Source: Chromera velia | Lineage: Eukaryota | DNA: 58,561 nt | Direction of reading: 5' to 3' | NCBI GenBank assembly: GCA_018398765.1 | Contig: JAHBMJ010000061.1 | Location: 1 to 58,561 of the forward strand | Part shown: in pieces, positions 1 through 20,729 of the stretch | How the letters are laid out: each line of letters begins with the position of its first letter | Position numbering within the stretch: position 1 is the first letter of the stretch | Notes under the pieces: generated by a model | Seen by the model: the letters and a program-made list of their open reading frames with translations, nothing else | The model's database searches: none | Told to the model about the DNA's origin: nothing | Made by a program: the position numbers and the translations under genes

Positions 1-129
1 GGGATGTCATCATCTGTCTCGGAGGTGGGGGTGGGGAGGGATGCTTCCCTCTCTCCCGCATGTGACAGACAGACAGACAGACAGACAAAGGAGTGAGTGC
101 ATATGAGCAGAACGAAGGGAGGGGTACGT

Positions 130-203
130 GAAAGAAAGGAAGGAAGAAAGGAAGGAAGAAAGAAAGAAAGAAAGAAAGAAAGGAAGGAAGGAAAGAAGGA
201 AGG

Positions 204-245
<42 letters not shown>

Positions 246-265
246 GAAAGAAAGAAAGAAAGAAG

Positions 266-296
<31 letters not shown>

Positions 297-310
297 AGAC
301 AGAAAGGAAT
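130..310. repeat. (GAAA/GGAA)n microsatellite, probably intronic
   Basis: Directly visible tetranucleotide run; explains the K/E/R-rich ORFs at 97-763. Confidence 0.9.
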
Positions 311-507
311 GAGAAAGGGCAAGAGCAAGCGAGAAAGAAGGATGGGGGACGTCACGTCAGGGACCTCCTGAGAAGAGAAGAGAAGAAAGAAGAAGAGAAG
401 AAGTGCTTGAAGGAAGGTTTTTCCAGGAGGTCCTCTTCCTCTTGCAGTTCCTGCTCCTCGAGCTCTCTCCTTATGTGTGTATGTGTGCTGACCCCGTGTG
501 TGTGCAG

Positions 508-2438
508 ACTGGAGATCGAATCGGGCGGCTGGCTGTACAGCGGGAGGGGTGAGGGGGGATGGGATGATTTGGGTCACCAGGAAGGCGGTAGGAGTCTGGC
601 CTCTCTAGAGTCTCTCCTTCCTCATGTCACCAAGAGGGCGCGGGAGGTGTTCGCGTGTCTGGCCACGGCCTCTCTTGAGTCGGAATCTTCCTCTTCGTCT
701 TCTTCTTCTTCGTCGGCAGGAAGGTCCTTTGAATTTGTGGTTTTGAGTAGGGGGGGATTTTGATTCTTCGACATTTCAGAGAAGATAAGAGAAAAGGAGT
801 AAGGGTCTGCCTTCGGTAAAGGAGTAAACAAATTTGTCTTAGACTCTCACTCTCACTCTCTCACACAGGCTACAGAAAAACACATTCCTGTATCGTAGAA
901 CAACAGAGAGAAAGGAGAAGAGAAGGGGGAGGGCGGGACGGGAGTAGAGCGTCTGTCTCTGCGAAGAAAAGCGAAGGAAAGGGCAAATTGCCAGAAGAGT
1001 GGCGGGCTGATATGAATTGGGTGCATGCATAGGATTACTCACTCACTCACTCACTCATTTCTGCTCTCTTGTGCGGCATTTCATTTCATTTCTTTCTCTT
1101 TTCTCCTCTCCCCTCTCTTCCCTGCGTTGTCTGTCATGCGCATGTGTACAGTAGAGCAGAAAGAAGTCTGTTCGATCCATCGTTCGATCCAGGTCACTGC
1201 CGAGATAAATGACCGTAGACGAGAGGGTCTTTCTTTCTTTTTTTCTTTTTTCTTTCTTTCGTTCGTTCGTTCTTTCTTTCTTTCTTTCTTTCTTTTGCCT
1301 GCATGCATGCATGCATGCTCCCTCGAGAACTTTCTGCAGAAAGAAAGAAAGAAAGAAAACTGACTTTTGAACAAAGAACTCCTTTTGGGTGTGGGCATTT
1401 AATTCACATGCGAGGTTGTGTGTGTCCCTTCACATGCGAGTTTCTGAGTGAGTGCCCCTCCCCCCGTCCTACCCGTGCAGCGGCGGGGGAGTGGAGGAGA
1501 GGACCCTCCTAGATCGATGCAGGGCGATGATGGGTCTGACGGACATCCAGGCCCTCCGAGGCCTCCTGAGAGAATTCCGGGATCATGGGGTCAGTCAGTC
1601 AGTCTGTTTGTTGGTTTGTTTGTCTGTTGGTTTGTTTGTGTGTTTGTTTGTTGGTGCAGTCGTTAGTTGGTTTGCTGCTTCGTTCATTCGTTCGTTCGTT
1701 CTTTCTTTCGGTTAGTGATGGAATGCTTTTTGTATGGCTGGCGGGGTGGCAACTCGGGAGGGCGTCCGTGGCTTGAGAGAGAAACTTTTTGCTTGCCTTC
1801 ATTTGCTGGTTATGCGCGGAGGCGGCGCAAAAATGAGTGGATAAATTGTACGGACCTGTATGGTCTTTGTGGCAGTGTCGGAATTTGGTAGATTTTGGAC
1901 TGAATTTTGGGGGAGAAAGTTGACGAGAGACGTGAGTTGGAGAGCAGCTGTGCATATGCGCCTTTCGGCCTCCTCGTTTACTCTTCCATCCACTCCGGTA
2001 CTGACACACTTGCTCACTCACTCAATTTCTGGCCCTGTCACTCCATGAATGAATCTCACATGCAATTGCTCTCTGCCTCACTGGCCCTGTCACTCCATGA
2101 ATGAATCTCACATGCAATTGCTCTCTGCCTCACTGGCCCTGTCACTCCATGAATGAATCTCACATGCAATTGCTCTCTGCCTCACGCAGCACTTCTTTCT
2201 TTCTTTCTTTCTCCTCTTTGGCGTGGTCACTGAGCCTTGCTAAGCATTGTTGTGCTTTTTCTTCAAACATTTTGCATACATGTGCTCGCGTTCCCTCCTT
2301 CCCTCCCGCCCTCCCTCTCTGTGCGTGCGTTTGTGTGTGCAGGTGGTAAGAGAGGGGTCCAAGCGAGGGACTCTGGTGATTGACTGTTCAAGGTCGGGAT
2401 GTGTGTGTGTGTGTGTGTGTGTGCGTGTGTGTGCGTGG

Positions 2439-2470
<32 letters not shown>

Positions 2471-2646
2471 CTGTGTCTTGATCACGTGTGTCTCGTTTGA
2501 TGTTTTTGATCCTTCGTATCTTTCCTTGGATGCTTTGCCTATATCGAACAGTAGAAAAGTTTTTGCGTGTGTGTGTTTGTGTGTGTGTCTGTTTGCGTGC
2601 GTTTATCGGCGTTTGTGAGCATACGTGTCCGTACGTACGTGCATGC

Positions 2647-2679
<33 letters not shown>

Positions 2680-2813
2680 ACTCTTACCTTTCGGGCCCCC
2701 CGCCCTGTTTGTCTGAGCTGTCGTGATGTTCTTTTGTCTTTGTTGCTTTCTTTCTCTCTGTCTGTTGTGTTCATGAAGAAAAGGAGGGAAGAAAACCATA
2801 TACTCTGTCTGCT

Positions 2814-2863
<50 letters not shown>

Positions 2864-2901
2864 TGTGTTTGTGTGTGTGTGCGTGCGTGCTTGCGTGCGT
2901 G

Positions 2902-2964
<63 letters not shown>

Positions 2965-3080
2965 GTGTGTGTATGTGTATGTGTGCGTGTGACTGCAGGG
3001 AGGTGTTGAAAGAGTTTGTGGAGAAGAGGAACGGAACCGGAAGAGAAAATGAGAAGCAAACGAAGCATGCTCCTTCTTGA
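508..3080 (+). CDS. ORC2: Origin recognition complex subunit 2, 3' portion (upstream exons unresolved or outside the window)
   Basis: Phase-consistent GT-AG exons 508-723, 1481-1589, 2343-2392, 2999-3080 give ...SLASLESLLPHVTKRAREVFACLA...LLDRCRAMMGLTDIQALRGLLREFRDHGVVREGSKRGTLVIDCSREVLKEFVEK...stop. LRxxLxEFRDH and the preceding helix match the ORC2 C-terminal winged-helix region as I recall it. Confidence 0.8.
2029..2184. repeat. Perfect 52-bp tandem repeat x3 in an ORC2 intron
   Basis: Unit ctggccctgtcactccatgaatgaatctcacatgcaattgctctctgcctca starts at 2029, 2081 and 2133. Confidence 0.95.
2680..2810 (+). repeat. Intron-resident dispersed repeat, partial copy
   Basis: cctttcgggcccc...tgtctgttgtgttcatgaagaaaaggaggga...catata is shared with the copies at ~7933, 17263 and 19400. 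Confidence 0.8.
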
Positions 3081-4530
3081 GAGGACGGAAGAGGCAGGCA
3101 GCCCACCTGCTACTGCATGCAGGTCTGGGGAAAATCTGACCGCTAACAGACATAAAGGAGAAGCGGGGACGGTCGGGCTCCCTCATTCCTCTTCTCCCTT
3201 TCGCTGACCTGAGGCACGCAGCTATTCCTTCCATTCTTGTCTCACACCCTGACACCCTTTCCTTGGCGGACCATGCATCCAAAAGAGAGGCGCTTCGATT
3301 CGATCAGGCTTCGAAGAAGGAAGCAGCGAGCTGAGAGCCGTCGAAGATGGATGGTTTTCTGCACTGAACTCATATGCAAAATCGCATCTTGATTGCTAGA
3401 TTGATTATCGAATTTCTGCTGTGACTGACTGTCCAAAAGCCCCTAAAGCCTTAGTGGTACGTCACCCTACGTCACCCTGTCTGCCTGAGAGTAAATGAAA
3501 GTAAGTGACAATAGCTGCTGGTCCATAGTCCTTTTTCGCCGAGTCAGCCGTACTTAGAATTCATGTAAGTAGCTGTACGAACTTATAATAACTTGAAATA
3601 ACTCATAAAAATCACATCTTTGTGGCCGTGTTTGCATACTTAAGATGTCATTAAAGATCATGATACCACAAATTTACTTGGCCATACTTGGCTGCGTAGT
3701 CTTGGCGTAGATCGATATGTCCCTAACTCACCTTTCTACTGATTTATAGTAGTGAATGTGTGTGAGCGTTCAAATTAAAGTTAATTAAATTATAAAAGAT
3801 AGTGATAATACGAGAATCAAATATAATGTAACATAATAAAATGATATATGATGTTCTATATTTTTTTTTATAATTAAGTCTCATTTCTTCGCATTTCCGT
3901 TGTTTATTTTATGTATACATGTACAGTAGACCAACTGCACTGGACCATCTTTGCGGGTGCTGGTGCTAGCCCGAAGGGTACCGAAGGGCCAAGAGATAAT
4001 GTAGGATAGACCGCCCCCCTATGCATACATTGCACGCGCGGGGCGCGGCGGTCTACCCCCACCAGGTCCCACTTGCCGCGACCCGCGGGCGAGCCCGCGC
4101 GCCTGTGCTGCTGCGCATGTTGCCGTCTCCGATCGAAATTCGAGACGCTGTGAATTGACGCTTCGAAGTTCTGGCATCTTCCTGCGTCTTCCAGTTCGTT
4201 CCGCAAGTGACCGCAATGCAGATCCCATGGAGCACCTCAAGCTGATGCGGAGGAATCTCAGTACATTTAAATGAAGTATCGATATTTTACCATCTCAAGT
4301 GAAAATCAGAAGAGACGGCCGGAGGTGCGGGGGTATTAGCCCATGCATATGCCCGAGCGCATACAAGTAGTCATGACCACCCGAATTCCCCAGAGACTCT
4401 CTCGTAGGAACATATCAGCTGAGGCTGCGACAATTTAGAAAGAGCACAAGGGGTGCGCGCAAGAAGAGGCGCTCAGTGAGAAGAGGGGAGCGACGCGTGA
4501 GGAATATTGTGAGGGAGGGACGGAGGGAGG

Positions 4531-11182
<6,652 letters not shown>

Positions 11183-11669
11183 TGTACTATAAGTTGAATA
11201 TCAAACGTTTCTCGGCTATAGTTTCTCGGTTTGTCTGGATAAATGAATTTTTACTTGTTATAGTTCGTTGCTTTGGTCAATACTTCAATTATGAAATGAT
11301 TCGGCGTAGGATTCTAGGTAGGTTTACTGTTGCCAAAATATGTGTTTTCTTTACTAATCAGTAGGTAGAATTTGACATATGAGATAATTCAGACTGATTA
11401 ATTTAATTTAATGAATTAAACTTGCATGTGGCTAGGCATGTGGTTTAAACCCAAATCTGCTGAATTTTGTGTGAAGTTCCTCCATTCAAGTTGGTAACTT
11501 AGCGTGTCCAACTAGGTATCCAAAAGCTACCAAAACTAGTACCAAAAGCGAGTCATGGTGTATTGTGGTATATTATTGTCTAGGTTAGCTTGTAATTCTA
11601 TTATAATTTTATACTGCGAATCACTCTCAGAAACTACCCTAGAAACTATACCATGATGATATAAAAAAA

Positions 11670-12010
11670 TATGGGAATCGATCGCAGGAAAATCAATAAA
11701 AATTTGTAAGGGAATCCTTGGGAATTCCGATGGGAAATTTAATTTAATAATGGAAATCAATGAGAAATCACAGGGAAATCAGTGATATAGGGAAATCTTA
11801 TGAATGAATGAATGAATGAATGAAGTATAAGGAAAACTGTGGGGAATCTGGGTTGAGATTCCCCTTTGATTACCTCATGAATTTTCTGTGATTTCCCTAC
11901 TAGTTTCCCTATAGAATTTCTATTCATTTCTCATCAGATTTCCATTTATTTCCCATATAAAATTCCCCACATTTTTCCTTAGGATCTAGCTTAGGATTTC
12001 TCTGTGAATT
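11670..12010. mobile_element. Foldback-like AT-rich element built from inward-facing GGGAAATC-type units
   Basis: The left half repeats (g)ggaa(a)tc and the right half repeats gatttcc(c). The switch point is the perfect stem ggggaatct(11841-11849)/agattcccc(11856-11864). Confidence 0.45.
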
Positions 12011-12835
12011 CGATCCCTCAACTTCCGTAGCTTCGCCGCCGCGCGTACCCGTGCGAACCCTCATAATATGCTATAAAGTACATGTGATCATGTAGGCAAA
12101 GCAGATGATAATCATACACCATCATTATTTCTCAGATAGAAGGAGACTCAAGGAGTGATGATCAGCCGCTCCTAACGGAAAAGGTAAGGTCGTGGGAAGA
12201 CATGGAGAGCTCATAGGTGGTCGAGGTTGAGGGTTTAGAAGGTTTTGATGTAGGTTTTGATAGATTGCTTGTATCATTATTTATTTGATGATCTGTGGCG
12301 TCTCAGAGACTCTTTGTGGTTCAGTAGCATAATTTCTAGAGTTTAGCTGGGGATTATTATCCCTTACGCTCAAAAAACAAGCTGTTTTATCAATAAATTT
12401 ATATGTTTAAAATTATAAGAAACATGCTCAAATATTTTGTTAACGAAGTTCAGTCAATATTAACCAGCTAGTGAGCTAGTCAAATTAAGAGCTAGCAAAT
12501 ACTAGCAAAAGAGTCATTTTTGGTATAGCTTTAGTGCTAAACCAATTTAACATCTTTGAAAAAGATTCTATAGTCATTTATAGTCCTTAGGCCAGTCATC
12601 TCAGTCCTACATATATGTATATGCACGCTAGGTGACGCGAGTGCTAGCGCGAGTGGTTTGTTGGCATTGTTGCACTAACTGTGCTCTCCATAGAAATCAT
12701 GCCGCCTAGCTTGAAGTAGTAAGAGCTTTGAGTCGATTTTTTTTGCATCCTACCTACTATTTTACTATTGTATCATTGTGTATCTCACTGTCTCTGTCAA
12801 AGAGTGACAAAGACTAGGACAAAGACTCAGAGACA

Positions 12836-14568
12836 TTACCCCGGAGCAATCCTTCCTACGTGTCCGACACTTGCGCTTCCAGGTGGCATCTCGAAAGGCC
12901 TTTTGAAAACGTTCCGCAAACTGATCTGATCCCATCCTTTGGGGAAGTCCGTCTCGCTCCCCCACCTGCGCACAGGAATGAACAGTGCTCACATGACACC
13001 ATCACTCGCATAACAATCTAGTTCAACGCTGTCTGTCTGTGTGAGAATTGCGTCCCCTCACCTGCTGAGGGACCGACTCGTTTGCGTCATCGTTCCTTCC
13101 ATTACTTCTTCTTTCTCCGCTGCTTTCGGCAGCCAGACGGACTGTATGACTTTTCGTCTCTTTTCTTTCCCAACATGGACACACAGACAGACAGTATGTC
13201 TTTCCTTTCTCCCCCTTTCCTTTTCTAGACAGACAGAGAGAGATAGACAGACGGCTCGGTTAGGTATTTGCATGCGGCGGTGAGAGGAGAGAAGAGAAAC
13301 TCAAAAGGAGCGCATCTCTTCTTTCTTTTTTCTTCGTTGTTTCCTCATGTTTTTTTTTATCTGCATTTTGACACAGACAAACAGACCATAGACCTTCCGA
13401 TTTATCCCTATCTCTAGTGTTTCTAGCTTCTTCACAAACATCCAGAATCAAAGAACATTCTAACGAGACACGCACTCACTCACACTCACACGCACACCAG
13501 AGGGGGGGGGGGCACCAGGCGATTATTTCACAGGTCTTCCCAACCTGCATCTCTCTCTTTCTCCCCCTCTCTCTGGCTTGGGGACACAACGTACAAGAAG
13601 CGGACTGGAAGAGGAAGGAAGAGAGGGAGAAAAAAAAAAGAATAAATCCACGTGAGGTGTATGAAGCCCATCCATCCACCCACCATGGTGAGACCCCGAC
13701 AGACACAGAAAACTCATAGTGCCTCTCTGCCTCCCTCCCTGACCTCCCCTGTCCTCGAATCGCCTGCTTGGATAACTTCAGAGACTGGTTGGTGTACTTG
13801 GGCAGTCTGCCGCCCTTCGGTTTCTTCCGCCAATAAGAAAGCGCCTTTATCTGGCCTGCAGTGCGGACAGACCGACAGATAGATTCATGCACGTATGCCT
13901 GTGTACAGCTGTATTTGTACAAATGTTTGGGGGGATCCAATTTTCGGTTTCTTCATCCAAAAGGAGAATGAATCAACGCCTTGCAAGCAAGATCTGCCCT
14001 GCCTTGCCTTGCCTTGCCGGAATCTAGTCAGAAGGCAGCAGCAAGTTTACTTCCATTCTCTGTCGCACCGTTAGGGGTCTGTCTCTATTCATACAGAAAA
14101 TGCATCATCTATCCTTCCTGTGTGGCCTGTATGTAAGGAGGCAGAGGAGGGGGGGAGGAAAGGAGAAAGTTAATTGTCTTCTTTGTTCCTTCCAAATTCT
14201 CATTTGACCAATCGACGCACGCAAGGACGCATCCAAATTTCTCACCCAGCGCGCGTGCGTCGATTAAGTTGTGTTCCTTGCTCCTTCCAAATTCTCATTC
14301 ATTTGACCAATACATCTGTTCAAAAAAGCAGACCGGACAGTGCGCTTGGCCGCTTGCTGTCTGCAGGCCTTTGTGCTGATGGGCCCTCCTCTTCTTCTTC
14401 TTCTTGCTTCCTTCAAGGCTGGAAACCAACACGTAAAACAGCAAGGCTTTCTTTGTAGCTTCTTTCGGCTGTCGTGTCCTCCTCTGAGAGGAGAGGAGAG
14501 GATTGATCATCGAGAAGGAGGGACGGAGGGGGGCATTCATTCCACCATCTTTAAGTGCGCGTGCGTGC

Positions 14569-14626
<58 letters not shown>

Positions 14627-14633
14627 GCGAGCG

Positions 14634-14685
<52 letters not shown>

Positions 14686-14702
14686 CGTGCGCGCGCGCGA
14701 GC

Positions 14703-14787
<85 letters not shown>

Positions 14788-16168
14788 TGTATGTGTGTGT
14801 GTGTTTGTTTGTGTGTGTGTGTGTGTGCGCGCGCGCGCTCGCGCGCGTGCCCATGTTTTTCCGTCGCTACAACAGGTCGAGATAACACTACAGCGAACAC
14901 CGCAAGCACTGTGCCACTCTCTGCATGGATCGATTTCAGACATCTCTCTGAAAAGAATGACTGCATCAACCGATCCGAGAATGAATCCATAGGAGCGAGC
15001 GTTCTATTTGTTCCCTTAACTGTCTGCCTACTCCTCTGCCTGCCTGCCTGACCTTCGAGGGACGGTTGCCAGAGTCCCTGGATGCTCCGCTTCTCCGTCC
15101 ACACTTTCGGCCCTCCGTGCACCAGGTGGTCGTTCCCGGATTCTGAGGAAGAACTCATGCATGTGTGTGCATGTGTACATGTGCATGCAAATGTGGAGGT
15201 AGGTGCGTGTATGTATGCGAATGTGCACTGTGAGCTCGTTCCCCGACTCTGAAAGAACACCCTCGACGGGAAGAAGGCACAAGAGAAAAGTGTAGACTCT
15301 AGTACAGGGGACGGGACAGCAGTGCACTTTTTGAAACAAACAAAAAATATCAAAGGTGGAAAAGAAAAAAGAAGAAAATCCGAAGAATGAAAAAAGGAAA
15401 AAACAAAACGGGGCCAAAAACGAAAAACGAACCCACCGACCAACCGACCAGAGTTCCGATAGAGGTCCAAGAGCTCTTCAATCTGCCGGGGTCTCAGACA
15501 CTTCAAGGGAACACTTGTGGAAGTCGTGATGCCCTCACCTGCACTCACTCACGCACTCGCTCGACAGTGCCTCACTCGCTCACCAAATGACACACACTCA
15601 CACAGAGCAAGCGAGAAAAAGAAAGAGAGAGGTAGGGGAGCGGGGGAGAGAGAAAGAGTGACTACAGGACTTTCTTTTTTTTTTTTTCGTGTTTTCTTTA
15701 GATACAGGCAGACCGAGCAGGCAGACAGACGGACAGATACGTAGACACAGATAGACAGATAGATAGACTGACTGACGCCAGAGGAATTCGCATGTGAGTC
15801 TGGGTCCCTCAAACTGGGAGTGGACGGTCTTCACGTTCACTTGGGGGTTTCTGTCCTTCCACGCCTGGAGACAGTGCCTGAAGTAGAATCTGCAAGTGCG
15901 ATTAATTCGGCAGGGGACAGGAGGCAGGGGGAATTTCGTTGTGTGGTGAGTGTGTCGGCACTCTTGGGGGAGTGGTAGGAGGCCTGTGGGAGAGCGAGAA
16001 AGAGGGGTCAATCAGGAACTTGGGTGAACATACTACGCAAAAGAGGACGGACGAAGGAAGAAAAGGACGTGCCCGGCCACCCACCTACCTGACTCCTCTA
16101 CTGCAGTGTCCCGTCTCACTGTACCGAATGATGACGTTCTGCAAATTCCACACGCCCCGCGTGCACAT
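12836..16168 (-). CDS. MRPL43: Mitochondrial ribosomal protein mL43 (L51/S25/CI-B8 domain) with C-terminal extension, 204 aa
   Basis: Exons 16168-16089, 15889-15777, 15538-15449, 15142-15053, 13855-13744, 12965-12836 (615 nt, phases consistent). Protein [44 protein letters not shown]...RSIQGLWQP contains the mL43 hallmarks RGVWxL, SRGVR, NPQV and SIQGxW. Confidence 0.88.
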
Positions 16169-16966
16169 TTTTGCTTTCTTGATGACTTCCTGTGGCGTCC
16201 CCTTGCGTTTTTTGTCGTTCCGTTGCTTTGATTTTCCTCGCTGCCGGCTTTTGTCCGACAAGTACCACGGTGAGAGACCGCCCTGTATCCCTCGTCCTGG
16301 TCCCAACACCTTTGACAGTTTTTTCTTCCGTGACCCCTGTTTCCTCTCGATCCCATAGTAACACACAATCTCATGTACCAGGATTGCACCAGGTGTCCAA
16401 TTAGTGCTGCATGCGCAGGGAGCGACATGACGGCCTACGTACCATTGACGAGCAATCAAGGCAAGATCGCTTCAAGGCAGTTTCAGTGACCTCAGCCGGA
16501 GACGGCGTAGACGGCCCGGGATCGGCCCGGGGTGCACCACATGCAATTGCATGCCCACATGCATTGAATTTGCACTCGCTCCGCTCGCAACTCCAAAGGC
16601 CCCGGAAGCCCAAAAGAGCTAGCTTTGGGTTTGCCATGGGTTTGCCGAGTATTGCAGATCGGCTGCATGTCAGCCATTGCAGTTTGTGAGCTCGAGCATG
16701 TAAGCACGAAGGCTTCGAAGGTAAAATTGAGGTGGTTCTTCCCCTGTACTTTCCGTCGAGGTGCCGAAGAAAAAACAAAGACGAGCTACCCAGGACCACA
16801 CACGGAGATCGTCTGGGTCCACTCGTCTGAATCTTCCCAGCTTCCTTCCTGTCAGACTCGATCGTTCCGGCATTTCGTTTTGAGGAGTCCTCTGGAATTC
16901 GATTGCTCGATCCCCTGGTCTCTCTTTGTGATTTACAGGAAGAAAGAAGGGAGGGCAGGAAGAAGG
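16169..16966. promoter_or_regulatory. Probable bidirectional promoter and 5' UTRs of mL43 and the ataxin-3-like gene
   Basis: The two ATGs diverge ~800 bp apart. The region lacks long microsatellites and has clustered (T)GCATG(C) motifs at ~16410 and 16538-16565. Confidence 0.5.
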
Positions 16967-17808
16967 ATGAATCGCGCAGCACGAGGAGACGTGATCTACT
17001 GGGAGAAGCAGGGAAGGGACCGGATGTGCGCCCTCCACTGCATGAACTCCCTCCTGCAGGTCAGCCAATTTATTTGCGCACTTTCGACATGAATGTTCTT
17101 TATGACTTAATTGTGCACTTGTCAGGTTCATGAGAGCAGTTGGGCCACATCAGGTTGTCTGTCTGCCTGTCTGTCTGCCTGTTTGTGTGCAGTTCTTTTT
17201 TTCTTTTTTCTTTCTTTTTTATTTTTTGATTTTTTTTGCCTTGTCTTCCTTTCTTCTCTTTGTTGTCTTGAGTGGAAGCAGCAGAGGATTAACGTGTGAA
17301 ACCAGTGATCACGTGAAAGTCTGTCGGGAGGTGGAGAGGCAAGGGGCGCTTAACTCTCACCTTTCGGGCCCCCTGCCCACGCTGTTTGATTGTTGGTGCT
17401 GTTCTTTTGTCTTTGTTCTTTCTTTCCTTCTGTCTGTTGTGTTCATGAAGAAAAGGAGGGAGAAGAAGAAGAAACATATAGTCTGACTGCCTGTTTGTGT
17501 GTCTGTCTGTCTGTCTGTCGAAGAAAAAGAGGGAGAAGAAGAAGAAACATATAGTCTGTCTGTGTGTCTATGTCTCTGTTCTTTTGATTCCTCTTTTATC
17601 TTTCCTTCCTTTTTCTGCTGCATGAGACAGGGCCCTGAGTTCTCTGAGGTCGACTTCGGGCAGATCGCCTCGGACCTGGACAAGAAGGAGAGGGAACTGA
17701 TGGCTGCAGGTAAGAGGGAAGGGAGGAGGTTGGGGGAGCAGATAGACTTTCTTTCTCCGAATCATTGATCACAAGAATGCATCCACGTACATAGATGTAT
17801 ACATGTTA

Positions 17809-17853
<45 letters not shown>

Positions 17854-17855
17854 TT

Positions 17856-17906
<51 letters not shown>

Positions 17907-17953
17907 GTGTATGTGTATGTGTGTGCGTGTGTGTGTGTCTGTGTGTCTGTGTG

Positions 17954-18002
<49 letters not shown>

Positions 18003-18050
18003 GTGTGTGTATGTGTATGTGTGTGCGTGTGTGTGTGTCTGTGTGTCTGT

Positions 18051-18089
<39 letters not shown>

Positions 18090-18832
18090 CGTTCATGCAT
18101 GCAGGTGGGATTTCCTCTGACGACTACAAGAACTTCATGGCTGAAGGATCGGGAAACGCGGCCCTCGACGGGTACTTCTCCTGGAATGTCATGGAGGAGG
18201 CGCTGCGGAAAAAGGGACTGCAGGCCATCCAGGCACAGAAACCGGAAATGCAGGTCCGTTTGTTCGTTCGTTCGTTCGTTCGTTCATTTGTTTGCTCTCT
18301 TCTTTCATTGTCTGGTCTGTTTGTTTCGTCGACTGCGTGCGTCTCTCGTTCGTCTGGGGAAAGCTTTGGGCTCGCACCGATGCTTGTCTTTTTGGGTTTC
18401 GTCCTTTTTTTATGTGGCCAGATGATGAACGCTGAGCTTTCCGCGTGCCCCACTTTGTTTCATTTCGACGCACACAGTCATTCTTTCGTTCTTTCTGGTC
18501 TTCGAGGCCGCCGTTGTCGTCTTTCTTCCTTTCGTGCCCATTGACTCCTTTATTTGTTTTTGCTTCTCTCTTTCTGCCTTGTTTGTTCTTCTTTTGTTCC
18601 TATTAACTCGTTTCTTTCTTTTTGCTTCTTTCATTGTCTGCTCTGTTTGTTCTTCTTTCGTTCCCTTTGACTCGTTTCTTTCTTTCTTTCTTTCTTTCTT
18701 TCTGCCTTGTTTGTTCTTCTTTCGTTCCCATTGACTCGTTTCTTTCTTTTTTTCCTTCTCTCTTCCTGCCTTGTTTGCTCTTCTTTCGTTCCGGTTGACT
18801 CGTTTCTTTCTTTTTGCTTCTTTCTTTTTGCT

Positions 18833-18863
<31 letters not shown>

Positions 18864-20693
18864 GCCTTGTGTCTTCTTCTTTCGTTCCCATTGACTCGTT
18901 TCTTTCTTTTTTTGCTTCATTCTGTATAAAAATATACGAATTCTGCCTCTTCCTCCCTCCCTCAATTGATGAGAAGGGAAACCTTTTTTTTGCGTCTGTC
19001 GGCTTGTCTGTCTGCCCTTCCGTCTGCAAGTCATACAGTCTGTCTGTGTGTTGATCTGTTTAGTTGTCTGTCTGTCTGTCTGTCTGCTTGAGTGAGGGCC
19101 TGAATGCATGCATGCATGCAATTTTGAACGCATCCATCATGGGGGTGGCTGCAGGTCTGCATGAGGGACCCGACTCTTCAGGAGGCCTTCATCTGTCATC
19201 AGCATGACCACTGGTCGGTCGGTCTCTTTTTTTTTTGTTTTTTTGTCACGATCGTCCTCTGTTCTCTCTTTTTGCCGGCCTGTCTGTCTGTCTGTCTGTT
19301 TTTCTGGAAGGAAACCATATAGTCTGTGTGTGTGTCTGTCTGTTTGGCTGTACATGAAGAAAAGAAGGGAGAAGAAGAAACATATGGTCTGTCTGTCCCT
19401 TGTCTTGAGTGGAAGCAGCAGGAGAAGCGTGTGTCGAACAAGAGATCACGTGAAGTCCTGTCAGGTTGAGAGGCAAGGGACGCTTAATTCTCACCTTTCG
19501 GGCCCCCTGCCCACTTTGTCTGAGTTGTCGTGATGTTCTTTTGTGTTTGTTGCTTTCTTTCTTTTTGTCTGTTGTGTTCATGAAGAAACGAAGTGAGAAG
19601 AAGAAGAAACATATAGTCTGTCTGTCTGTCTGTCTGTTTGAAACATATAGTCTGTCTGTTTGAGTACATGAAGAAAAGAAGGGACAGAAGAAACAGATAG
19701 TCTGTCTGTCTCTCTTTCTCCCTCCCTCTGTTCTGCGCGTGCGACTCTTTGTTGGTTCGTTGTTTGGTTCATTCCTTCGATCGGCTGTTAGTGACTAGCC
19801 CCTAGCTTCATTCTTTCTGCGTGATGGTTTCTTTGCTTGGGTTTGCTTCGATTCGTCGAAAGAAGATTTATTTGGATTGGTTTCATTCATCGGGAAGTGT
19901 CGCGGTCTCTCTGTTTTTTTTTTCTGTCTTTTTTTTGGTACGTGAGTTTGCATGGGCTTTCTTTGCTCCCTCGCCTTTTCCCTTCCGTCAGTGCTTCCTC
20001 CTTGTATTGTTATTTTCTGTTCTCTCTGTCATTGTTGTCTCTCTCCTCTTTCGATCTCTTTCTTTCTTCGTCTCTCAAACCATCTCCCTGCTCCCTCCCT
20101 CCCTCCCTGCAGGTACGCCATTCGAAAGATTCGGGGGGCCTGGTACAACCTTGACTCCTTGAAACCGGCACCCGCGTTCATCTCTGACTTCTATCTGGCA
20201 GCCTTCCTGCAGAGCCTGCAGGCAGAGGGGAAGACCATCTACGTCGTCGTGGGGCCTTTGCAGAGCGCCGCCAGACCACAGACCATGACCTCCAGCCACC
20301 CGAACGCCTTCTGGTTGACACGTGCGGAGATGGAGGAGATGGCCCGGAAAGCTGAGGAGAGCCAGAAGGAAGAGGCCCGGAAAGCGAACGAAATGGTCAA
20401 CGGGCCTGGCGGAGGAGGAGGGGGAGGAGACGGAGAGGGGGCGCCTTCCTTTGGGTCAGTCGGTGACTGTGGGTCGGTCGGTCTATCGTTCATCCGTCAG
20501 GTCCAAAGAGGAAGGAGAAAAAGAAGCCGTGACGGCAACCAAATCTTTGATTGAGCGCAGACTGACGAGTAAACGTATATGCAGATCTTTTATTGCAGGG
20601 ACAGAAAGAAGATTTTACTTAATATTGTACACGCAGAATCGGCCGGTTTGTTTTGAACAAGGAATCTCCCTCCCTCCATGCATGCATCTGCAT

Positions 20694-20729
<36 letters not shown>

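Noticed and set aside
3900..4330. GC-rich intergenic stretch as a tRNA or other ncRNA
   Set aside because: No cloverleaf or recognisable RNA-family motif; more simply the OTU gene promoter/5' region.
14560..14850. Idea that (GT)n/(CT)n strand reports transcription direction
   Set aside because: Counter-examples in minus-strand genes here and at ~31500.
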